A stretch of 64,000 nucleotides of DNA from Cyanophora paradoxa CCMP329 (Eukaryota; Plantae; Glaucophyta), in contig QPMI01000096.1 of the NCBI GenBank assembly GCA_004431415.1, positions 1-64,000 on the forward strand, in the 5' to 3' direction. Under the pieces are notes generated by a model. The model searched no databases. It was not told the DNA's origin and worked only from the letters and a program-made list of their open reading frames with translations. The position numbers and the translations under genes were made by a program. This document shows, piece after piece, positions 10,083 through 20,966 of the stretch. Numbering within the stretch: position 1 is the stretch's first letter; every line of letters starts with the position of its first letter.

Positions 10083-12114
10083 GATGCGGATACTCACTCG
10101 CTGCCTGTCACACCGCAGACATGAGCCGATCATCCACGGACGACACACCGACGAAGACCGTGAACGACGTAGACCGTGCTTGCGCGACGCTCGCCGGCGC
10201 CCAGGCCCCGCGGGCCCACGCCCCCGCCCCCTTTCCCCCGGACTGGGCCCAAAGGGCGCCCACCTGGACTCCTCCCCCCCCGAGGCCGGTACAGAAGCGT
10301 GTACGCTCGGACCCCCTGCCCCCCCGTCCGCAGTCCGAGCCAGACGAGGCCCGCCCGGACCCGGCCTTCAAGCCGGCCCCCGCCCTCCTGCCCCAGCGCC
10401 CCGCCCTCGCCCTCCGGCTCCAGCGCCCCGCCCCTGCCCTCCAGCTCCAGCGCCCCGCCCCTGGCCTGCCCTCCGGCTCCAGCGCCCCGCCCCGCCCCCA
10501 GCTCCAGCGCCCCGCCCCCGCCCTCCGGCTCCAGCGCCCCGCCCTCGCCCTCCGGCTCCAGCGCCCCGCCCCGCCCTCCGGCTCCAGCGCCCGCCCCCGC
10601 CCATCGGATCCCGCGCCCGTCCCCGCCCTCCGGCTCCAGCGCCCCGCCCCACCCTTCGGCTCGGGCGCCCCCCCCGCCCCCGAGCTCCCGCGCCCCGCCC
10701 TCGCCCTCCCGCCCCAGCGCCCCGCCCTCGCCCTCCGGCTCCAGCGCCCCGCCCCTGCCCTCCGGCTCCAGCGCCCCGCCCCGCCCCCAGCTCCAGCGCC
10801 CCGCCCCGCCCTCCGGCTCCAGCGCCCCGCCCTCGCCCTCCGGCTCCAGCGCCCCGCCCCGCCCTCCGGCTCCAGCGCCCCGCCCCGCCCATCGGATCCC
10901 GCGCCCCGTCCCGCCCTCCGGCTCCAGCGCCCCGCCCCCACCCTTCGGCTCGGGCTCCCCGCCCCCACCCCGAGCTCCCGCGCCCCGCCCCGCCCTCCCA
11001 CCCCAGCGCCCCGCCCTCGCCCTCCGGCTCCAGCGCCCCGCCCCCGCCCTCCGGCTCCCCGCCCCGCCCCCGCCCCCAGCTCCAGCGCCCCGCTCCCGCC
11101 TCCGGCTCCAGCGCCCCGCCCCCGCCCTCCGGCTCCAGCGCCCCGCCCCACCCTTCGGCTCCCCCGCCCGCCCCCGCCCCGAGCTCCCGCGCCCCGCCCC
11201 CACCCTCCCGCCCCAGCGCCCCGCCCTCGCCCTTCGGCTCCAGCGCCCCGCCCCGCCCCCGAGCTCCCGCGCCCCGCCCTCGCCCTCCCGCCCAGCGCCC
11301 CGCCCTCACCCTCCGGCTCCAGCGCCCCGCCCCCGCCCCCGAGCTCCCGCGCCCCGCCCCGCCCTCCCGCCCCAGCGCCCCGCCCTCGCCCTCCGGCTCC
11401 AGCGCCCCGTCCCCGCCCCGAGCTCCCCCGCCCGCCCTCGCCCTCCCGCCCCAGCGCCCGCCCTCGCCCTCCGGCTCCAGCGCCCCGTCCCCGCCCTCCG
11501 GCTCCAGCGCCCCGCCCTCGCCCTCCCGCCCCAGCGCCCCGCCCTCACCCTCCGGCTCCAGCGCCCCGCCCCGCCCCCGAGCTCCCCCGCCCCGCCCCCG
11601 CCCTCCGGCTCCAGCGCCCCGCCCCCACCCTCCTGCTCCAGCGCTCCGCCCCTGCCCCCGGCTCCAGCATCCCGCCCCCGCCCTCCTGCTCCAGCGCCCC
11701 GCCCCCATCCTCCGGCTTCAACGCCCCGCCCCCGCCCTACGGCTCCAGCGCGCGCCCCGCCCCGCCCTCCTGCTCCAGCGCCCAGCCCCCGCCCTCCGGC
11801 TCCAGCGCCTTGCTCCGCTCCCGGCCCGTCACCCTTCCCGCCCGCCCCCCAGCTTCCCGACTCCAGCGCCTCATCCCCGCCACCCTCCTGCGCTCCGTGT
11901 ACCCCACTCCCTGCCCTTCTCCCCCTCCCTACGCCTCACCCCCTGCCGACCTCCCGCACCCCGTGCGCCTCGCCTTCCCCCTACCCTCCTTTTCCACAGG
12001 ACCAAGGATACCAACGCATCAGGCCCTCCTAAAGCAGCAGATCGATAGCTCACAGCTAGGATAGAACAGCAAGACGTCTTCCCTCTATGCCGCAGAGCCT
12101 CAGAGCTAGCCTAG
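10083..12114. mobile_element. Unclassified ~2-kb insertion, mostly a ~21-bp GC minisatellite, with a 7-bp target duplication
   Basis: GCGCCCC at 10076-10082 and 12115-12121. Removing the insert restores a continuous minus-strand frame AAIDWGGA-MRGDWAAVQLLKSS. Confidence 0.6.
10375..11870. repeat. Minisatellite, core CGCCCCGCCCTCCGGCTCCAG (G-rich on the minus strand)
   Basis: Dozens of imperfect copies are visible directly. Confidence 0.95.
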
Positions 12115-15100
12115 GCGCCCCCCCAGTCGATGGCAGCGACGGGGAGGCTGTTGTTGTCACTTAATACGAACATTGCCCGGTTGGGCTTTTGCAAAAAAAA
12201 AAACATCTTGAATACGGTAGTATCCGCCACTTTCGAATCGTCCGCAATGGTCGTGTTGAACCACAGGCTGTAGGTGAGCGTCGACGGGATCCAGCCGGTG
12301 CAATTGACCTGCATATACAGTCGGACTCGCGCAGACATGGTACTTTCTTAAAATCAGGACAAAGCATTAAAATATTGTGATCAAAATACTAATGCTCATT
12401 GTGATCAATTGCAACGCGCACCGTCGCCGCCTCCGAGCCGGCCTTGAAGCTCGCCGGCGACACGCTGCACGCGCCTCCAGAGGGAGCCGCTGCAGCGCCA
12501 GGATCGGAGTCACGATCAGCGTCAAGTTGCAGCTGGAAGATCTAGATTCGATCGGATCCGGAGCGATCGCGACCTGTGCGACGGACCTGAGGGGTCCAGC
12601 GCGGGCGACGGTGACGGGCTGCACGCGAGCTCAGAGTGCTGGCAAAGCGACGAGAGCTTTGTCATCGCGCAGACCTCGGGCTGGGGCTGGGCGAAGGGCT
12701 TGGGCTGGGGGTGGGCGACGGGCTCGGGCTGGGGGACGGGCTCGGGCTGGGCGACGGGTTCGGGCTCGGGCTCGGCGTCGCCGTTGGGGCGGGCGGAGAG
12801 GTGGCGTTCAGGCGGTGCGCGAAGACGTAGGCCCAGTCCCCCGAGGCCGACTTCCACACGGAGTAGAACACGGGGTCTAGCCGGGTCCCGATGTTTGCGA
12901 GCCCAGGGTGCGGAGCGTTGATAATCATAATGCTCCCCCCGGCCGCCTGTTCAGCCACCACTTTCGTCACCCGTCTAGTATTACTGGGGGCGGTGTAAAA
13001 AGGGTCGAAGTGGTCCGAGATGGCCTCGATCTTCTCGTCGGGTTGCACATGCCCGCTGGAGTTGAAGGAAAGGATTGCGCCGGTCTCCTGGCTCGAGGTC
13101 TTCTCTGTACCCGACTGCGCCAGCAGGCGCCACAGCCCGCCTCTGCGTGCCACACGTCGCGACACAGTGAGCTCGGGGATCCGGAGCCATTGGGCGGCTG
13201 CAGCCGGCCACGCGTGCGTGCGCGGGAAGGAACGCACGTCGTCTTCAGAACCTCAAGAGCGCCGAGTTTGTTTTCCAGCCCGGTGGCGAAGTCAGTGGTG
13301 GTTACGGCGTTGCTGGCGACGTCGATTCTCAACTGGCCACGGAGGAATTTCGAGCAAGAGTCAGCGCTATCAATCGCAAGCTTACGAATTAGGAGATCTA
13401 TATATATTTAGCATCAAGCTTAAGCGACGCGCGCGCGAGTCGGGCGCTGGGCACCTTCTTGATCACTGGTTCCGCTGCCGCTCGCAGGGAGCGTCGATCC
13501 GTGTTCACCTGCAGCTGCAGGACTTCGCCTGAGAGACCCGCGTAGAGGGAGATCGCGGAGCCGCTCTCCTCGTCCAGCGCCAGCCCGTCCTTCGACATGA
13601 GCAGCGTCTCAGTGAAGTTGGCTATCTTGGTTATCCCTGTCCCTGCGCATGCGCGAGCGATGCATAATATTCACATGCACGATAGACTCCAAGGAAATTC
13701 GGGGACATCGCAAAGACAGCTCGAACCAGTGGGAGACATTGCGTAGACAGCTCCTGGACTCTCTGCAAGAAGCCGCCGGCTGCGGGAAGTTAGCGAGTAG
13801 GCTTCCGCCGTGAAGTAAACCTTGTTCGTCACGCTTGAGAAAGCAATGGCGACGGGCTCGTAGGTAACCGAGACTGCGCAATACAATCACGTGAATGCTT
13901 GATCACGAAAGTGTGTGAATGCATACATGTAGATATAGCTATTAGAGAAATTTAAAATCAAATGCGACGAACAGGTGCTCTCCCAGATTTTGTAGATTTT
14001 GGAATCCCCCGTGTCGTAGTACAGCACAGCTGAATTGATTTGTGACTTGTGCGTGAAGAAAATCTTTGTAGAGTGGTCGCCCGATCCGACGGCGATGCCA
14101 TTGAGGTTCCTGATAGCGAGAGATTCGGGTCTGAGCGAGCTCGAGGGCGGCCGCGGCGATCGCGAACGATGAACAAACGCACGTGAAGCAGTTGGAGCTA
14201 TCCGTGCCCGCTCGGCTGGCTCCGAGCGCGGGCATACTCGCCGAGGTGCAATCAGGCGCGCTCGTTACGACCGCTCGAGCGGAGCAGCTGCTGTTGATCG
14301 CCGTAATGAATTTCGGCGAAACAACGTACAGAGTCTCTGCGCGAACGCGAGCGCATTCTTTAATTTTGTGCTGATCATGACAGCTCAAATTAGTGAATTT
14401 CACGAGCGCTCATGAGCACCGCTTGCAGCGTGGTACGCGAGAGCTGCAACCATGATCAGGCATGTGTGGTCAGTATAATGATATATACACGTTGCATATG
14501 CGACGCAGAAATTTGAATGCTTTACCAGAGACATCCGCAAATTTGGCAGAGGATCCGGCTACTGCGGGTTCGAATTCAATGCTCAAGGTCAGTCAAACGC
14601 TCAGTGTAGCTATTTATAGCTTATAACAGTTCTGAGCGCGACCCGGCCCACGCCGTACCGCCGCTGGTGGTGGGAGAAGAGCCGCCAGCGGTCCCTGCGC
14701 AGTGGGTCCAGTTTCCTTTGCCGATGGAGTCGGGGTTCGCCGGGGGAGCCGCCAGGCTGGGCACCAGAGCTGCGAACTGACAGGTCGGATATAGGATTGG
14801 ATAGGAAAGGCCGCGCGCTGCGCTGTATACGCAGTATTGGATTTCTGCACTCCACAGCTGCCGCTAGCGCGCTAATGGCCGTGCGTATACTCGGGACCCG
14901 CGCCCGTCGCGCATGCATATGCCCGAGCGGGCCGTGCCCCGGCCCGGTCGACGTCCGCCTGCAACTGCAGCTGGCACTGATCATGAGGACTTCAACGCAC
15001 CGGCAACGAAGATGACAGCCGCAAGCTTAAGAGCCAAGCTAAGCGTGATGCCGGAGAGCGCCCGCATGGCAACGTTCTTGAGGGTTGAGGCCTAATTCGC

Positions 15101-15396
15101 CTAACTGCCGCAGTGCAGTGTGGAATCCTCGCGCTGGCTTTCGCAGCTAAAGCTGCCGTGCAGCTGCCGCAACACGCGTACGCGTACGCGTACGACGGTC
15201 TGCACCAGCCTGGCAGGGACGTTAACCGCGGCCGTGAAATGCTTATAATTACTAAGTTACGGCCCCGGGCCGCGCCCACCAGCTGCAGCCTGCAGCCTGC
15301 AGCAGGCTGTCAGCCTGCCAGCTGCAGGCTGGCAGCAGCCTGCATGGCAGTGCATGCGCAGCACTAGTAATTATAATGCGGCATGCATCATGGCAT

Positions 15397-15935
15397 CAGG
15401 GTTCCGGCCGAAAACTTTTTCGAAAAATAAAACAAAATTTTTTGTAAACTTTTTTGCAAAATTTTTTGGTCTCGGCTGGACGCTCAAAAAATTTTGCTCG
15501 AGAAAATATTCGGGGGGCCCTTTTCTCGTGCAGAACACGTCGTAATAAGCTTCCTATACGTATCTCTTGCATGTATAATGAAGTTTAAGCGATAAGCAAT
15601 GCGATAGGGGCACTCTGCACGTCGATAAGGGTCAGACCTCACTGTACCCCTGCCGAGCCCTAGGAAATTCATGAGTGTGCCTTCGCCCAAATGGAGAGAG
15701 AGAGAGAGAGAAATGCAAATGGGCTCCGAGGCTCGAAATAAAACTTCTGACCACTTCCCATGCTACAAGAATGTTAAGAGGACCTTAAGAGCACGTTTAG
15801 AGCGCGTTTGCGCGCCTCTAGAACGTGCCTTCTCGTTTGTATGGCAAAAAAATTTGAGAAATTTTTCAAAAATTTTTAAAACTTTTTAAAAATTTTTGGG
15901 GGTCTCCTGGGCCCACAAAAAATTTTGGAACTCTG
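15397..15935. mobile_element. hAT-type MITE
   Basis: Ends CAGGGTTCC...GGAACTCTG; 8-bp TSD CATGGCAT at 15389-15396 and 15936-15943; A/T-tract subterminal regions. Confidence 0.85.
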
Positions 15936-16245
15936 CATGGCATGCGCATGCAGGCCGGTGGCCGGATCCGCCGGGCCGGAGCCTGGAGGCCCGGAGCTGG
16001 CGCCGCAGTGCCACTGGCGCGTACCGGGCCGTACCCGCCGGCCTGCGGTGAACTCGAGCTCGGATCCGGATTCTCGGCGCATTAAAAACATATTTCCGAA
16101 AAAGTTCTCGGAAGCTTATCAAGTTAACGGTCCGTAAGCGAGCGCTTCAGAAAAAGCTAAGTCCCATGCAGCCGCTACTTCTGGCCAAACGTGTACCCCC
16201 AATGTGAACCCCAACCTAATTTATATCGAGAACCGGGCTCCGTGA

Positions 16246-16534
16246 TTTTTTTTTGGTGAATTACCGGCCACAGTCTCTAGACACCAGCACTGCGGGGGCT
16301 GCCCAGGGGGCATAAAGACAAAAAAGCAAAATAACTAAGACAAGAGCACGAAGAAAGATAAGACAAAGAGCCAAAATCGACAATAAAAAAGGAAAGACAC
16401 AGAGCTCGAGACAGATCGATAGCGAGAAGAGACGATAAATCGAGCAGATCTAGGGACAGAGGATAACTGACACGAAGAAGAGCCAGAGCTAGAGATACCA
16501 TCAATATCAGAAGGAATTACATCACTAAGAAGCG
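16246..16534 (-). mobile_element. 5'-truncated LINE-A 3' tail with poly(A)
   Basis: Matches 22131-22421; poly(T) on the plus strand. Confidence 0.9.
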
Positions 16535-16855
16535 CCCTGACCGGTCTGCCACATTTATATATATATATATATATAATTATAAGCATCATGGCATGATCGG
16601 TCCGACGGTCCCGGTTTACCATATACCCCCGGCAGGCGTCCACGGGTACTGTACTAAAACATGCACAGAGCCGCGGCCGCGGCCGCGGGCAACTAGTACT
16701 ACTACTGCCAACTAGTACTTTGGCGCAATTAAATATTGCAAGCGCTAGCACCGCGCCGGCCGGCGCCGCGGCGCCGCATGCGCACTGCGCATGCGGCAGC
16801 CCGCCGCGGCGCAATTGGCGCTTGGCCATGGCGCAATTGCAATAAAATATTGCAT

Positions 16856-16915
16856 TTTTTTTGGTGAATAACCGGCCACAGTCTCTAGACATGTACACCA
16901 TGCCAGCACTGCGGG
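16856..16915 (-). mobile_element. Short diverged LINE-A 3' tail
   Basis: TTTTTTTGGTGAATAACCGGCCACAGTCTCTAGAC..CCAGCACTGCGGG. Confidence 0.85.
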
Positions 16916-17005
16916 TTTTTTTTTGCAAAAGTGGACGTCGCATTGATACACCACGGCACATGTATCAATGTTCTACGTGACGTGCCCTTCCGACCGGTCA
17001 TCTAT
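16916..17005 (-). mobile_element. Poly(A)-tailed 3' end of a third retroelement family, with a terminal stem-loop
   Basis: Poly(T) at 16916-16924; perfect 10-bp stem CATTGATACA/TGTATCAATG at 16941-16970. Confidence 0.45.
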
Positions 17006-17519
17006 CTAGCCGAAGATGCTAGCTAGGTGCCGGCCATGGGTCGCTCATGATCAATATGCCATGATGGGAGGTTCGCCTGAGTGGGGGAGCCATGGTTTTC
17101 GGTGATAGCCGTAACCAGACCCGCGCGCCCACCCCGTGATCAACTCCTCCATCCCTCATGAGCCCTGGAAGTGAAATGTCTCGCAGTCCGCCGCCCGCCC
17201 TTGCCGCCGCTCCGCCACCCCTCCTCCTCCTCACTCCGCCTCCTCCCTCCTCCTCACCTGCGCCCCAGGACTCCGGTTAATCGGTGTCCCGTTTTGTCAA
17301 GGTGAAGAAGGTGGTAGGAGGAAGATATGAGGAAGGAGAGGGAGTGGGCGGAGGCAGCAGCTTGGGGTGGGCAGCGGATGCGGGGCAAGGCAGCTGCAGG
17401 GAGAGGTGCCGGGACGGCAGAGTGGAGAGAGCGTGGGCATTGACAGACGGCGCAGTGAGCTGGGAGTGCGGAGGCGAGGCGGGCCGCGAGGGGTCGGGAG
17501 GGGTCGACCGGGTTAGAGG

Positions 17520-17665
17520 GGGGGGCCGAGGCCAGGGGGGTGGCCGAAGCCATGGGGTTGGCCGAAGCCGGGGGGGTGGCCGAAGCCGATGGGGTGGCCG
17601 AAGCCAAAGGGGGGGCCGAGGCCATTGGAGGGGCCGAAGCCATAGGGGTGGCCGGAGCCGGCGGG
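17520..17665. repeat. 18-bp minisatellite (GGGGGTGGCCGAAGCCxx), reading GFGHPP-like repeats on the minus strand
   Basis: About 8 imperfect copies visible. Confidence 0.85.
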
Positions 17666-17738
17666 GGGTCTGACACTTGAGGGCCGGTTGGGGCCAGGGG
17701 GGAGACCGTAGGGGGCCGAGGGGCGGCGTCTTGCGAGG

Positions 17739-18005
17739 TCTAGACACCAGAACGTATGAATTCGCACACACCGAGACAAATGGCTAGGGATATAACTGAG
17801 GTGTCCATCTGTGTCAAGTCGATCGCGAGAGATGAGCCTACGGGACTAAGCCTTTCGGACATCGGACCGGGCGGAGCTCGTGATCATGAGGTCGTCGTGA
17901 GGAGCTCGTGAGCCGTCTAGCATATATAGACACCAGCACTGCGGGGGCTGCCCATGGCCAGGGGGCATTAAGACAAAAAAGCAAAATAACTAAGACAAGA
18001 GCACC
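17739..18005 (-). mobile_element. Nested fragments: a LINE-B 3' tail (17751-~17880) inserted in a LINE-A 3' tail
   Basis: AGACACCAG is duplicated either side of the insert; 17756-17880 matches 18420-18539; 17928-18005 matches the LINE-A tail. Confidence 0.75.
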
Positions 18006-18016
18006 AAGAGCGCCGC

Positions 18017-20612
18017 ACCGTGGCACTGCGGCAGCCCGCAGCGCTAGGCTATCCCTTTCTCTCTCTATGGCTCCCCTGCAGCTGTTTTCTCGAGCGCGAG
18101 TTGTGATATATATGTGAGCACCGTCTAACGTTTAACGGCCCTGTGCCCCGCCGGATGCAGTGCTCTTCGGGGCTCGAGCACACGGGCGGTTCGGTCTCCG
18201 ACTGTATTCGAGGGCGGCGGCGGATACGGCGGGGACCGAGGGAAGAGGGAGGGAGGGGAAGGGAGGGGGGCGGGGCCGGGCGCCCGGCCGGGCCGCTCAG
18301 GGGCGCTTGGGGCCGGCGTCGAGCTCCAGGCACTCGAGCAGCTCCAGCGTGTTGAAGGAGAAGTTCAGGAGGGGGTTCCCGGGCGCCCCGGCCGCGGCCG
18401 GCGCCGAGGCCGCTCATAAATGAATTCGCACACACCGAGACAAATGGCTAGAGATATAGCTGAGGTGTCCATCTGTGTCAAGTCGAGAGATGAACCTACG
18501 GGACTAAGCCTTTCGGACATCGGACCGGGTGGAGCTCGGATATGGAAATAACTGGAAACGCTACCCCGGGGACTAAGTCTAGAGCTGCAGCACAGGAAAG
18601 ATCCTACGCGGGAAGGGAAGTGACTACCCAGGGACGAGAATAGAAATCAGAGGTGGACAGCAAAGTGAGCTGCAGCTGTAGCTAGCGCTATGCCTAGTGA
18701 GCTAGGGCCTCCGAGAAGGCGCACTATAATCTGAACCACTCTGTACACGCTAGAGGACGGCCCGCCGTGTCGTCGGCACGGCGGGTCGGGTCGGGGGCTC
18801 GCTCGTCCGAGAGCAAGCCTGGTGGAGCCGCCGGGCTCAGAGCATTCGGGGAAGATTGGTCGGGGGGAAGGGGGACGGGGGCAGGGAGGGGGGCGGGGGG
18901 CACGGCATGGAGCGACGTTGGGCGGTGGGAAAGGACGAGGGAGGACCGGGTCGGGCAGCCGCGGTCGGGAGGAGGGAGGCTCCAGTGGCGCGTTCCGCCG
19001 GGCTTCCAGCCGCCCGCCGACCGCCTCCCCCCCGCCGCGGGCAATGACGAGCCCCCTCCGCGGCGGTCCGGCCGCCCCGGCCTGGCGCGTGGCCGGGGCA
19101 GGCGCCGGTGGGTTCAGCAGCCGACCGACGACCTTCCACCTGGCAGCCCGCACCACCGTCCCCTCCCTGGGGTAGCGGGAGATCAGCAGAGCAGAAGGGG
19201 CGGAGGGGGTGGGGGATGGGGCCGTGGGGGAGGGCGACTGGAGCAACGGGCGAGAGAGGGCAGGGGGGGAGAGAGCAGCGGTGGCGGCGGGAGGCGAGCG
19301 TGTCGGCGGTAGTGAGAGGGGTGTGGAGGCGCAGGTCGCGCAAGCGACGGCGCCGCGGCGGGTCGGCGGCGGGCGCGAGGGCCCGGCGAGCGGCCGTAGG
19401 TGATAGGTTGAGAGTGAGGTCGTCAGTGGGCGTAGCGATGGAGTCTCCGTGTCTCCGCGTCTCCTCCAGTTGTAGCCCCCTCCCCCCCCTCTCCCCCCCC
19501 CCCCTACGAGGGTAGGTTAATCGTCCGGGGGGGGCAGGCTCCAGGGGCGGACCTTGGTGCTGTCGTAGAGTTCTTGGGCTTGGAGCGCTGCCTTCCATCC
19601 TCGGTATTCCGGCGGGCAGTCAGCGTTCTGGGCTGCACGGAGTTCGTTATGGAGGTGCAGGGGCCCGTCGCAGGCGGGGCAGTATTCTATCGGGGCACGA
19701 GGGCCGCGGGCGCGCTCTTTAGCTCTAGCCCCTGTGCGGCGCGGGCGAGGGCGGCGTTTGGAGGCCTGGGAGATGCGACAATCCTTCTCCCATGCGGCGT
19801 TGATCGCACACCTGTCGGACCAGAGCCGACGCGCGCGTTCTATTAGCATCTGGCGCACGCGCTTAGCCGTGCGGGGTGCGCGGCGCGGATCTAGGTCGAG
19901 CCGACGGATAAGGTCGCTTTCGAGCGATGTAGGAGCGGCGCCCTGGAGTACCCAGAGCCGCGGGAAGACGGTCGGGTCGTCGTCGAGTCTGCGCGCTGCG
20001 GCATCATCGTCGGCTACTCGCAGGTAGGCGGGCACAAGACCGGCCGGCGCCGAGGCCGAGGAGGAGGCCGGGCCCTTGGGGTGCGGGGGGAGGTGCGGGG
20101 GGTGGGGCCGCGCCGCCGGCGCCGCCTGCGGCTGCGGCTGCGGCTGCAGCTGCAGCTGGGGGTGCCCCTGCAGGGTGGCGGTGAGGGCGCTGGGCCCGGG
20201 CCCGGGGCCGGGGCCTTGGGAGCCCCCCACGGGGGACTTGGGCGCGTCGTGGCGCCGGCCGGGGCCGAAGAGGGCGGAGAGGGGTACGCGGGTCAGGTGC
20301 GAGGCGGGGGAGGCCGCGCTCGAGAGGTCCGAGAAGGAGTTCGGGCGGGGGCCGTGGCCAGGGATGTAGGGGGAGGGGCCTGGAGCGGGGTGGGGAACTG
20401 GGGCGGCGGGAGCGGTGTCGGGAACTGGGGCGGCGGGGAGGGGGCGGGGTGCATCCCCGGGAGGGGCGCCTGGGCCAGGGGGCCCGAGGAGGGGGACGGG
20501 AGGCTGGTGGAGTACGGCTAGCTCGAGGGCGGGCCCTGGAGGTACGAGGGGGCCGGGGTATATACACGTACCCCCCGGCGCGGGGTAGGAGCGCTAGCGC
20601 TGGGGTACGCGT
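18017..20612 (-). pseudogene. DCP2: Duplicated 3' end of DCP2 (last-exon part plus 3' flank), interrupted by LINE-B
   Basis: 18150-18412 and 20041-20612 align to ~31140-31915, including the [17 protein letters not shown]-stop region (stop at 18297). Confidence 0.9.
18413..20040 (-). mobile_element. 5'-truncated non-LTR retrotransposon (LINE-B): ORF C-terminus plus long 3' UTR, no poly(A)
   Basis: 18-bp TSD CGGCCGGCGCCGAGGCCG at 18395-18412 and 20041-20058. ORF remnant with LIERARRLWSDRCAIN and YCPACDGPLH ends at 19517. The same 3' terminus (GTCTCGGTGTGT..GCGAATTCAT) recurs near 17756 and 48170. Confidence 0.75.
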
Positions 20613-20966
20613 AGAGAGTAGGGTCCTGGCTCGATCATCGGATTGCGACTCGCGATATCGATTGTTATAATCATCGATCTCGCGATCGCGATCGGAAATG
20701 TGTTTAATGTTTAGTGTACCGATATCGACGTCGACATCGCTTGTTCGAATTCAGATATGAATTCATAATCAAAAAGCTGATCATAAAGGCACCGCCGGCA
20801 ATGTCGACGTACATATGCCATGATGGGCTGGACCTACATGCAGTCTGCATTACGCCAGTCACTGATCGACGCTGTTCGAATTCGGTTCATAGGTTCTAGA
20901 TCTAATTTTAAGCAAGCTCTATAGCTATACTCCACTGGGCCAGCTCGAATTCGGAATTGGAAGTGT

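Larger units (their letters stand above)
7108..14497 (-). pseudogene. Multi-exon secreted or surface protein: N-terminal propeller-like region, (SP)n linker, REJ-like region, GAIN/GPS motif, C-terminal hydrophobic anchor; disrupted by insertion 10083-12114
   Basis: The GPS motif FYNADTKLWDTSC..YTGSCNHLTP|FALL joins across a gtgcgc..gcag intron. Hydrophobic tail GLHIAVSGFLSLLLAIAALA; REJ-like CTGWIPSTLTYSLWFN; PSPSPNPSPSP linker at 12680-12780; signal-like N-terminus near 14497. Start uncertain. Confidence 0.65.

Noticed and set aside
10084-12064. 600+ aa Pro/Ala ORFs in all three plus frames
   Set aside because: Minisatellite translation artefacts with no domain motifs.
12090-12114. Helitron call from the terminal CTAG
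   Set aside because: No 5' TC, no A|T insertion site, no clear subterminal hairpin, and a TSD is present.
16277-16504. Repeated hydrophobic 75-aa ORF (also 22164-22391)
   Set aside because: Translation of the T-rich LINE-A 3' UTR.
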